Shown here: positions 41,451 through 59,993 of the stretch, one piece after another
Layout of the letters: each line of letters opens with the position of its first letter
Position numbering within the stretch: position 1 is the stretch's first letter
DNA from: Amoebidium appalachense
Taxonomy: Eukaryota > Protista > Ichthyosporea
Direction: 5' to 3'
NCBI GenBank assembly: GCA_963693365.1
Contig: CAVNZM010000001.1
Coordinates: 7,890,907 to 7,954,906 of the forward strand
Length of the DNA stretch: 64,000 nucleotides
Program-made: the position numbers and the translations under genes
The notes under the pieces: model-generated
The model's input: the letters and a program-made list of their open reading frames with translations, nothing else
The model's database searches: none
What the model was told of the DNA's origin: nothing

Positions 41451-42577
41451 AGCGAATGTACAGCCCTGCGAGCGGCATTATTGTCAGACTATGTATGGTG
41501 AAGTATTCTGGTCGGCCGAGGCCTGAATTTGGGGGGGTTGTACCCTCCCGCAAAGGATCCTAGTAGCCTTGATGGGACTAGCGCGAGCTGGGGTGATTTT
41601 TTTTTTTTTGTGCGGCTCATACTTAACAACTTCTCCATTACATTGTACTGGCCGTGTCCAAATGTATATACTCTTGGCTGTAAATTGCCATCACAAACGT
41701 GGCCCCGGCCTGACCTATTAGCACAGTTAACGTTCCGTATTGGGGTGCCAAATTTAAACTCCTCATACTGACATGTTTAATCATAATTAAAAGGATTCGC
41801 AGACTAATGGTGCTCTATCACAAAAATGAATAATAAACAAGCTGTCTAGACACCAGCACACAGTATGTAACTCTTACATAAATCGAAGCCTCCCTTCCCT
41901 CCTTTCTTTTGGTATTGAGATCCCCCCCCCCCCCCCCCCCCCCCCCCCCCGAAACACACGTCTAGCTAGAGATGGAGACAGAGTGTGGGGGGGAGGAGGG
42001 GGGGGGAGGAAGAGAAGAGAAAAGGGCAAAGGAATTCGAAGGGGAGGGAAGGGGGAGAAAGGTAGGGGGGGGGGGGGGTTTTATTTTATATTTTATCCCG
42101 TTTCACTCCCGGCAAGGCACTGCAACCGTCTTCCGCCTAGACACAGATCGTACTGTATAACGCTTATAGTCAGGATTCTAATTGACCCCAACTGGCACTA
42201 TTTTTAGTTACGCCTTTATCCCACGGTTCTAGTCGCAGCAACGCTAGTGGGAAGTGAGCACAGATCACTTTAACATCACCAGCCGGGAGCGACCCGGGAC
42301 ACATACACAAACATAAAGACTTGAAAGGGAAAACCCCATGTCCAGGACGCTGACCCGAACCGTGGCCGGTGACTCGGATTGGTCTCGGGGGGAGGGGAGA
42401 AAGAAAGAGGGGGGGGGGGGGGGGGGGAGGGGGAGACAGAGAGAGGGGGGAGAGGGGGAAGGGGGGCGGAAGGGAGGGTGCGTGGGAGGGAGCGTGGGAG
42501 GGACCGAGGGGAGGCGGGGGGCAGAGAGGGGGGGGGGATAGGGCTCGGGGCGGAGGAGAGAGAGAGAGGGGGGGGGG

Positions 42578-42627
<50 letters not shown>

Positions 42628-42885
42628 GAAAGAGATAGAGAAGAAAGAGGGGGAAGGGATGGGGGGGGAGGCGTGTGGGGGGGGGGGGAGAAAGAGAAAG
42701 TGAGAGAGAGAGAGAGAGAGAGAGGAGGGGAGCGATGGGGGGGGGGGGGGGGGAGGAGAAAAGGAGAGGGAGGGAGGGAGGGAGGAAGGCAGGAAGGGAG
42801 TGAGGGAGGAAGATGAGGGACGAATAAATTCAGGAAGATCAGTGCGGCTTTGTAGGTCATGTTTATAACATGCCCATAGTTGTTT

Positions 42886-43090
42886 TTGGAGATGTCACCT
42901 CTCCAACAGTACATGGAATGGATACAACACGTAACACGTCACTCAGACACCCATACGACCAGACATGTTCTCGGTTTTAGCAATGGATGATATCGAGCCT
43001 GCAACTGTGCAGGCTCAGTTCGCCGCGCGAAAGAGCTGGCGTTTGTGGGGAAAAGGCGGGGCACAGACATAGGCACTGAAGCCGTCCTGA
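42886..43090. pseudogene. Degraded fragment of the 44354 peptide-precursor gene with an inverted 5' segment
   Basis: 42961-43090 (+) matches 44644-44777 (LAMDDIEPATV..QF, AFV.KRR.TDI..E.VL) with a frameshift. The reverse complement of 42886-42957 matches ~44560-44644 (acgtgttgtatccrttcca...tggagasgtgaca). Confidence 0.75.
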
Positions 43091-43310
43091 TATCGATTTA
43101 ATATAATGGGGGAAAAGCCGCGGCTGTGAAACTCCCATGGTGGGCTGGCTGCTTGGGGAAGTTATGAAGCGGCAATTTCATTTTTTTAATTTGAGGCCAA
43201 ATGTTTCAATTCCACTTTTTTATACATATATTACTACGTTCTCGATATTATTTTAAAAGTTTTGGGTAAGTTTTGTGTAAAAGTTATTTGTTTACTAAAC
43301 TCTGAGGGGT

Positions 43311-43350
<40 letters not shown>

Positions 43351-44353
43351 GTTGTTGAACTAGCCTGATGTCCTGGGCGGTAAAAACGCACTCGTGCACG
43401 CTCACATATCATGCACGCATACATGTACACGTACAGTGCCGCTCGGCGGGTGGGTGTGCCTGTATAATGATCAGTAGTAATGGTTGATTGAAGAGCTATG
43501 TTTTGAGAGGCTTCTTAGGCAACCAAAAAGGTTTCATTTTTACTGGTATCACATCTCCCCTAGCACGTGCAAGTGGGTGCAATGTAAGTGCACGTGCCCT
43601 GTGTATACAAATGCATGACCTCAATTCCAGTTGAAACGTGGGTACCGAAAATGTGTTCTGCTATATGAAACGCGTGTGGCTGTGCGGGGCACAAACACGC
43701 ACGCACAGGCACAGTTCAAACATAAAAACTCACACGAATGCACAGAAGTAAACACACAGTCTCTCTCCGCCTCGTGATGCACTTGGGAAGATTACGGCAG
43801 CAACAATTTAACCCCCCCCCCTCCCCCCTCCCCCCTCTCCCCCTGTCAAAAACCCCCTTCCCAACTCCCCAACCCCTTTCCACCTCCCTCTCCCCTCCCT
43901 CCTCCCCTCCCCTCTGCTCTCTGTCACCTCCCAGCCCCTCTCAGGCCTCCCCCTCTCCTTCCCTCCGATAAGGCTCCCTCCCTCCTTGGAGCACCATCCC
44001 TCCCTCCCTCCCTCCCTCCTGCCACGGTGCCAACCGGGCCGTGGGTGTGACCTGTCATCATGTACAAAGATATCGTGTATGTGGATCTAATCTTCATCCC
44101 GCTAATTGATTGGTGGACGGTTGTTTTATTCGATCAATCAGATTACGAGGAGAGTAGACAACACCAAATATGGTTCGTCCGACAGATTCCAACGGCCAAG
44201 AAAAAAATATAAGAGGGGGCATCGAGGTGGCGCACAAGCAACCACAACAAGAAGCAACCACATCCGAGACCAAGAACTAGGTGCTACGACGTTTTCGAGC
44301 CTTCCTTCGCCAACTTCTCGTATTTCTGGCCGAATTCAACCAAACTAGTCAAC

Positions 44354-44902
44354 ATGGCGCGCTTTTTCTACATTTCTCTCGCAGCCCTTGCCCTTTGCGC
44401 TGCAGCAGCCAGCCTTCCGACACACAAAAGTCACCACCACACGTTCCCCCCTCAAGTGTCTCCTACACCCGCAAGCAATATCCACACGGATACACCAACT
44501 TTCCCCTCCACGGATCCCAGTGTTTCTGGGGGAATAAGTGACCCTAGTACCGCAAGCATGTTAACGGGTGTTTTGGTGCACACGCCAGGTGGTCCGGACG
44601 TGTTGTATCCGTTCCACTCACACTGGAGACGTGACACCTTCGAAGACATTTTCCCTCATTTGGCAATGGATGATATCGAGCCTGCAACTGTGCATGTGCA
44701 GTTCCCGGCAGACTCTGAAGAGCCGGCGTTTGTGAAGAAACGGCGCAACACGGACATAAACATTGAAGACGTTCTGAATTATTGGGCCGCCATCAAGGCG
44801 CCGGCGCCAATGCGCTCGAGTACTCATAGTGCAGCAGGAGACACGAGTGACCCTATTATTGCTAGGTCTTCACAAGACGAGCAATTTGAAAGCGGCATAT
44901 AG
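44354..44902 (+). CDS. Secreted protein with dibasic (RR, KKRR) processing sites; candidate peptide precursor, 182 aa (225 aa if the TAG is read through)
   Basis: Signal peptide MARFFYISLAALALCAAAA, intronless, with upstream ATTGG (~44108) and TATAAG (~44208). A paralogous fragment lies 1.4 kb upstream. Confidence 0.8.
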   Translation: MARFFYISLAALALCAAAASLPTHKSHHHTFPPQVSPTPASNIHTDTPTFPSTDPSVSGGISDPSTASMLTGVLVHTPGGPDVLYPFHSHWRRDTFEDIFPHLAMDDIEPATVHVQFPADSEEPAFVKKRRNTDINIEDVLNYWAAIKAPAPMRSSTHSAAGDTSDPIIARSSQDEQFESGI

Positions 44903-46197
44903 GCCGAGAGACGTAGCATTTTCAACGACATAGGCGACCTGTTGTCACCGGTTTCTGCTGCTGTCACTACGAAGTACCCTGCGGCAAACATGCCCCAGAC
45001 ACCATGGCCACGGCAAAGGCTCGAGCTCTGAGAGTTTTGCTGGGGATAGTTATGTGTCTTAGCCTGTCATGTGTATCGGATAATATTACGTGCTTGTGTG
45101 ACACTTTGCATGTGCGTACACGTGATTGTTCTTTTTTGTTGTTGAATGAAGAGGAAAGGGGGCGCGGGTGAAGGGGGGGGGGGGGGGGGGGGGGGAACAG
45201 GGGGATCCGGAGAGGGGGGGGGGGGGGGGGGGACCGGTACCCGGGTTAACATGTGCATATTATCTCATGAATAAAATACGGCTCAGGCTTTGCAAGGAAA
45301 TGCGTATACACAAAGGCCTTGTTTTTTTTTTTTGAATAAAATCCAGTGGCAAAAAAAATGCACTTTGAACGGTATCATCACATTTACCGCTCAGTGTCAC
45401 ATTTGGCACGGCCAGAATCTAGAGGCCCTGGTTCTCCATAAACTCGCAATCAATAACCAGCAAGAAAAAAACTGCGCAATGTCAATGCTCATGAATTCAG
45501 CCGCCGGCAAGTCCTCAGGCAAAACTTCCCCCAAAGTTTTTGTGCGAATAACGTTCTTTTAATCCCAGCACCCCTTCTCCACCCCCTCCCTCCCCTCCCT
45601 CCCCTCCCTCCCCTCCCTCCCCCCACCCACCCCCTCCCCTCTCCCCTTCCCGCTCTCTCCGCCCCCCCTCCCCGCCATCCCAGAGCTCCCCCTCCCCTCC
45701 TCCCCCCTCTCCCTCCTTCCTCACCCCCGCCCCCCGGCCTCCCCCCCCCCCCCCCCCCCCCCCCTTTTGAGCAGAACTACGGTGGCATGCGCATGCTGGC
45801 GGCAGTAGATTTACGTATATACATACACACTGTGGGTGACGTAGTGCTACGTATACAAGCAGATTTACATAATTCGGTACCTATGCAGCCCATAAGCAAG
45901 GAATCATGCATCCTGCGTGTTGCTGATATAGTATATCAAACAGGTCTGCTGCAGATGTACATGGGCAAAAGCAAGCTATGACATGGCCACGGTACCTGCA
46001 AAAGAAGAATTCTCTGCATACATAGAAATAGCATATCAATATGTTCAGCGAAAGCGTAACTACCATGCACCATTTTTAAAAATACAAATATTATTCTGCA
46101 AGGGGCCGCTTTCACTGTAAGAAGCGAATAAACGGTTCCGCTGATATATTGTACATTTTGTTGCTTTCCCCCCCCCCCCCCCCCCCCCCCTCCCCCC

Positions 46198-46299
<102 letters not shown>

Positions 46300-46599
46300 C
46301 GCCGGTCAAGTGACACATACCCACACACGCACACGCACGCATAAACGCGCGCGCGCACGCACAGGTGCGCATACACACGCACACATTCATAGATATGATG
46401 GTGCACGTGCACAACTCGCACACATACACACACACGCACACACACCACACACGCACAGAGACACACGCAGACACACCCAGGCGTGCACACACGCACACAC
46501 GCACACACGCACACACGCACACATCACCAGAAGATTTGGACAAAGCCAGGGATTTTGAAAAATCCTGCCAGACTCGAGTAGTATCGTGGTGAGTAATAT

Positions 46600-46820
46600 G
46601 GGGGTTTTACGCTGTTTACTCGAGGCAAAGAGAAACCAGACTCAGGTATGGGGGGGGTTTTGCTCGGAATATCCCCTCAGTGGTATATCATGATCACGTA
46701 CATAGATGTCGGGTGATGACTATATATCAGGGTTTACTTTCTCTACGAGACACCATAAAGACTACATGGAGAAATCAATTAGTTGGGGTTCCCCGTTTTT
46801 TTTTTTTTTTTTTTTTTTTT
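46600..46820 (+). mobile_element. ~220-bp retroposon-like dispersed element ending in GGGGTTCCCCG-poly(T), flanked by a 10-bp TSD
   Basis: TGAGTAATAT occurs at 46590-46599 and 46821-46830. A near-identical inverted copy lies at 58539-58781. Confidence 0.85.
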
Positions 46821-47743
46821 TGAGTAATATTAGATTTCTACGATTTTGATTGGATTTTGCTGGAAAATGGCGCCAAACCGTCAAACTTAATACGGGCACA
46901 CGCCGCACGCCTGTCACACGTGCAATCGAACATGCACAGCTTTAGCTACGTTCGACTCACACGGAAAGGTAGCCCTACGTTTCAAAAAAACCGTTTTTAC
47001 GAAAGGGGGCCCTACGTAGACGCGGCATTCCGAATGGCATTATTTTTTTAAAAACAGGTTCATTTCTTTAACTAAACACTCATTCTACACTACTACGAGG
47101 CTGTTGGCGCTTTATAAACTAGCAACTCTCGCAGGGTTTTTAGAACTGGTGCGTTAAGGCATCGCAAACCCTCTGCCGGAAAGAGAGGTTCACCATTTTC
47201 GCTCTCTCATCAACTTTAATACCTTCTCTTGTTGAAGATTGCCCAAAAAGGAAAAATTTAAAGGAGTGTGGGAAATAATCAAAAAGAGGGTGACGAAAAA
47301 GATTCGGAGGAAGAGTATAGGACTCCTCTTATCAGCCATGGCTCCGTCGCTACTTTCAAAATCGCATGCCCTGCTACATTGCGTAAGGGCAGGCTCTGTT
47401 CCAGCACACATCCTTCAACTAAGCAAACTGAGGAATGTACCAGCACACACAAGCAGATTTCTTTTCCCCGCTGCACGGCTACATGGGAGCAGGAGTAGCT
47501 GGTCAAGTTTGGAAAACGCGACAGAGAAAAGCCCAGAGCAACAGCCTGAAGGCTTAGGGATAGTTAAAACAGAGTAGGCATCCCCTTACTCCCCCCCCCC
47601 CCCCCCCCCCCCCCCTCATCGGCCGTTTTCCTTCCTTTCCCCTTTTCCCTTACTTTCCCTCCCTTCCCGCCTTCGGGCTACCCCTCTTGAGCTGCCTCCA
47701 CCACAAACCTCTTTCTCTCTTTCACTTCCCCTCCCACCACCAC

Positions 47744-47779
<36 letters not shown>

Positions 47780-48762
47780 AGTGATACACACACACACACA
47801 CACTCACACACATGCCTGCACCTCCTTTACACACACACACACACAGACACACACACGCATGCACTCACTCATTCACTCACTCACCCACCCACCCACACAT
47901 ACACACACACACTTCTACACACTCACTCTCACTCACACCCCACCGCCGTTACCTAGTCACTAAAATTGCTTTCCTTTGCCCACCCTCCCACCATTTCTCC
48001 CGCCCTTTCCCCCGCCCCCTCCACACACGCACATCCCTCCCCCACTGCCACTGCTTATTCTTTCTTGATGTTTTTACATTCCCGTGCTCCCTCACCCCCT
48101 TTCAATCCCCCTCCTCCCGCTCCCACCTCCCCCCCCCCCCCCCCTCCCCCCCCCCCCCCCCTCACACACACACACCCATCAACCCCACCCTCTACCCCCA
48201 TTCAACCCTCCCTCCCCCCCTCCTCTCCCCCCCTATCCTTCCTCCCCTCCCCCCCCCTCCCCGCCACCCTCCCCGCCACCCTCCCCCCCCCCCCCCCCCT
48301 CCCTACGCAAAAAAAAGAAAAGAAAGAGAGAGAGGTGGAGAGGAAGAGAGAGGGGGGAGGGGGTGGGGGGGGAGGGGAGAGGAGGGGGAGAGAGAGAGAG
48401 AGAGAGAGGGAGATGGAGAGGGAGAGAGAGACAGAAGAGAGAAGAGAAAGGTAATCAGCGTCTGGAGCGACGTAGAAAGCATGTTAATTGGCATGTTTCC
48501 AGAGTTTTAAAAGTTTCTATCAATGTTTTTTTCTTGCTTCCTGCTTGCTCCTTGCCTGCTTGCCTGCTTGCCTGCTTGCCTGCTTGCCCCCTTTCCCCTC
48601 CGAAATTCTCTCAGTTCTTTTACCTTCCCCCCCCCTTTCTAGATAACTGTAACCCTGTTCGTTCCTGATCCGGATCCCACCAACCTCCAAACTAAGGATT
48701 ATCTGATTTGGTCCTTGTGTGGAAGGTGTGAATGAATTGAAACTTGATCCCCCCTCTCCTGC

Positions 48763-48793
<31 letters not shown>

Positions 48794-48847
48794 CCTCAGC
48801 GAATGGACCACTCTCCGTTGCATATTTTGTGTCCCCCCCCCCCCCCC

Positions 48848-48906
48848 CTTCGAACGGAAAGCTATGCCCCCGGCTGACATCCGGGGGCATAGCTTTCCGT
48901 TCGAAG
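48848..48906. other. Perfect 26-bp stem, 7-nt loop hairpin followed 16 nt later by CTAG|T
   Basis: cttcgaacggaaagctatgcccccgg-ctgacat-ccgggggcatagctttccgttcgaag; CTAG at 48923-48926. Confidence 0.9.
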
Positions 48907-49265
48907 ACGATAAAGTTCCGCCCTAGTAAGCGTGTTACTACCCTGCGGCGTGGGTCAATCTCATATTTTCCCCTCTGATTGCGAATTCTGCGGCCTTCGG
49001 GACTTAATTCTTTTCAGCTGGTGTAGTATGTTAGCCAGGGAAGTATCGACTTAGGTATCGACGGGGGAGCTTCCTAGAAGCCCCGTCTCCTGAGTTCCTA
49101 TCTATATTTTTCTTGCTTCTGCTTACTGCTGCAACTTTAACCCCCGGCCTTTCCCACTGCCCTTGCCTGCATAAGCAACCCTGCTCGTCTCTGATCAAGA
49201 CGGGTGACCTACTCATGTTCAAGTGAAACAGTATCTGAGTTGGGTTTCGTTAACGAGGGGAATAG

Positions 49266-56555
<7,290 letters not shown>

Positions 56556-56756
56556 ATTAATTATTTATTGTTGTTAATGATGCATATGTCTAGCTTTTTC
56601 CTCCCTGCTCGTCTTTCATACATCACCAGTTCAACCAGGTATATCTGCCCCATTCTTTGTTATTTTTGTGATACTTACATTTTTTATTTTCTCCTTTCCT
56701 TTCTTTCTCTCTTTTTTTTTTTGTTCTTTTTTTTGACGGAAGGAGGGGGAAATTGA

Positions 56757-56800
<44 letters not shown>

Positions 56801-57315
56801 GGTTGGTTGGTTGGTTGGTTGGTTGGTTGGTTGGTTGGTTGATACGAATGCGAAAGAGCGTATGACGCCCAACGCGGGGGGCCCAGGGGAAGGGGGGGGA
56901 GGGGGGGGGGGGGGGGGGGGGAGGAAGGGGTTTAGCCTGTAGTTTAAAACTGGAAAAATCGACGAAGGCTGTGTCTCCTGTGAGAGATCGAGCTTTAAAC
57001 TGCTTGAACTTCCCTCCGCTTAGTCCTCAGTTTGTATGTTAGTTTTTGTGCAAGTTGGTATGTTTTCTTGCTTACGTTTCTTTGGGCAGTGAGATATCAT
57101 TATCCCAAGATCTTGGAACAACTTATTCATTTTTGCACAAAATCTTTGTGATAGTTCGGTCATATCCGTATGTATAGCATCGGTGGACAAGGTTGTATAA
57201 GCCTTTTCACATTGCCTAACACAAAGCTTGGGTTGCGTGCGCTTTCTAAGCAGGAAGGCCTTTGACTACATGTGATAGCTTCATGTTTGGTCGCCCAAGT
57301 ATATGCATATGTAAA

Positions 57316-58433
57316 ACCTGTACCTATAGTTCCAGAATACAAATATCTTGGTGTTCCGGTTGATTCTGTTGGTGTTATGTTTCCCCATATGGTCGAAAAG
57401 AGGGTAGAGTTGGCTCGTAAGCGGTTAGCTTTCTTCTCGGCTAATATTTTTAAAGACACACCCCTCCATCCTTCTATTAGACTTACATTTATTCGCACTT
57501 TTGTCTTCCCGGCATGTGAATATGGTTTACCCCTTCTCGCCGCTTGGATCAAGAAAGAGAGAACTAGAGCGCTTAAACCCTTGGCAAATTTCCTTGAAGC
57601 AGAAGTTGCCTCCTTTCTATCTAACAACTGTTGTAAACCTGGGCCTGTAACGCTCTCGATATATGGTCTGGTCCCAATAGCTGCTAGAGTATCCTATCTC
57701 GCGCTGAAATTCAATAAGCACATAAGCCGCTTAAAGAAGTATTTGCCCTCCCACCCTCTCTTCTCTATCCGACCTGTCCCCTCCTCACCTCTCCCCTCTT
57801 TCCTCCCCTCTCTCTCCCCTTCTCCCCTGGGCACAAATACAAATAAACCCCGCAATAGTGTGTGTGTGACTTTGGACTGCCACTTACTTATTAAACATGT
57901 ACACAATCACAAGATAATCACGCAATATAACAAATGGAAAAAGATACCAAACGACACTAGACCCGATGAAAGCATACACCTTGAAAAACTAAGCCTTATG
58001 TCTCGTTTTATATATACTGACCGCCTCAACCATATTGCCAAATATGGCACTCGCAAGTGTATAACACCTAAATACATATTACCTTCCTGTAGAACTGGTC
58101 TTTCTCTAGCTGATGGTATTATTGATCAATTACCACGCTTTTACTGTACACGTGCTATACAGTGGAGATCTAATAAGTATAAGGTGGCATCATTTGCATG
58201 CCCAAACAACACACACACACACCAGTTTAACCGGTCATGTATCGCCAAATGTAGTTTGATAGACCACATAATACCGCAACACACACACGTCACATTCACA
58301 ACAGACACCCAGAAAGATAGCCTACCTGTAAATTACAACATCCTTGATTTTATACTAAACACGCGTAACTACGACCTGTTTATTAGATGTATTGATTGGC
58401 TTGAGAAACACATCACTACAAAATTATAGCGCA

Positions 58434-58502
<69 letters not shown>

Positions 58503-58534
58503 CCAGCTGATACCGAGTGTCCCGAGGGGAGCCC

Positions 58535-58585
<51 letters not shown>
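57316..58585 (+). mobile_element. 5'-truncated non-LTR retrotransposon (LINE): end of RT/thumb, C-terminal Cys/His region, 3' UTR with (CA)n, and poly(A)
   Basis: ORF 57272..58429 contains YKYLG (RT domain 7), thumb-like RLTFIRTFVFPACEYG and CPNNTHTHQFNRSCIAKC. No YADD in the retained part. A47 tail at 58539-58585. The 5' boundary is approximate. Confidence 0.85.
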
Positions 58586-58586
<1 letters not shown>

Positions 58587-58781
58587 GGGGAACCCCAACT
58601 AATTGATTTCTCCTTGTAGTCTTTATGGTGTCTCGTAGAGAAAGTAAACCCTGATATATAGTCACCACCCGACATCTATGTACGTGATCATGATATACCG
58701 CTGAGGGGATATTCCGAGCAAAACCCCCCCCCCCATACCTGAGACTGGTTCTCTTTGCCTCGAGTAAACAGCGTAAACCCC
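58539..58781 (-). mobile_element. Second copy of the poly(T)-ended ~220-bp element; its T-tail coincides with the LINE poly(A)
   Basis: Reverse complement of 46600-46820 with only a few substitutions and homopolymer length differences. Confidence 0.88.
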
Positions 58782-59993
58782 ACGTATATATATACCTCCC
58801 GGTTTGAATAGGAAACTATAGGGGGTCGGCTACGCACTTAACGAATCACGTAGAATCAGCTGGAGGCTACTATGAGATGTTATTAAATGTATGAGCGGGA
58901 TTCGAGGCACAGACCTGTAGAGTTATGAACGTTGTTCGTGAATCAATGCATTGCAACATGCATGTACATGTGTGTCCGGATCCCTCGGGAAAAAAACGTT
59001 TGGCATGTGGCCATCGTCTTTCATTGTCAAACCCATCCTATACCCACCATGGCCATGGCCACCATCTCAGTGAGCTTGCCAATAACCGATGGTGGCACAT
59101 TCACTTTTCCTCCCCCCCTCCCTCCCCTCCCCCCCCCCCCCCCCCCCCCCCCCCCCGCCCCGCCTTTCCCGCCTCCTCCGGGAGTCCTCCCCCTTTTGTC
59201 CCGGCCCTGTTTTGCGGTGCAAAGCAAGGCCTCCTACGTCGACTCTCTCAGAGTAGGAGGCCTCAAGGTTGGTGCAAAGCCATGGGTTGTTTAAAATGAT
59301 GCGATTGGCTGTCGAACCGCGCTCATCCTGGACTCCTATTTACTGTTCTTTATGATGCCTATTCCGATTGGTGACTTGTCATGAGGGCCTTGGTCGCGTT
59401 GCTTGACGCAGAGCACCGTGCACCGGGTTTTGTTTTCAACTTACTTTGATTTTTCGTTCCAAGTTCGGGCTCTAATGTTAGGCTTGCGTCGTATGCATAC
59501 GGTCGTCATTGTTCGTTCGGCTTATTTTGTTTACGCTGTAAAATTTTGTGTTGTTTACTTTGTAGATTCCCCGCTGGTGCTATAATTGTTTACGTGGCTG
59601 TCAACAACACGTGTACACACGTTACCCTTGCTCTAGATCCCCCCCTTTTCAACTTTTGTTCCTTCTGATTTACCAGCAAACAGTGCTTTGAGTTTCCTCC
59701 TATAAACAACCTAATTGTTTTCCTTCATTTCTTTTTTAATCCTGACAACAAAGCAGAGTCAGTAGAACCAACTTTGTGAGCATACTTTCCCCGGGCCTAA
59801 ACGCACCTGTTCTAAAACCTCTTCTTTCCTTCTATTTATCATAAAAAATTCTCTCTCCGTAAACATACACCCACAGCACCCACCCACCCACTCACCCACT
59901 AATGAAGCAAGAAGTCGGCAGGTCCACTCGCCCTTGCGCCCACCCACCCCAACCCCCGGCCTCATCCTCCTGTACCTTCGCCACACTTGAAAC

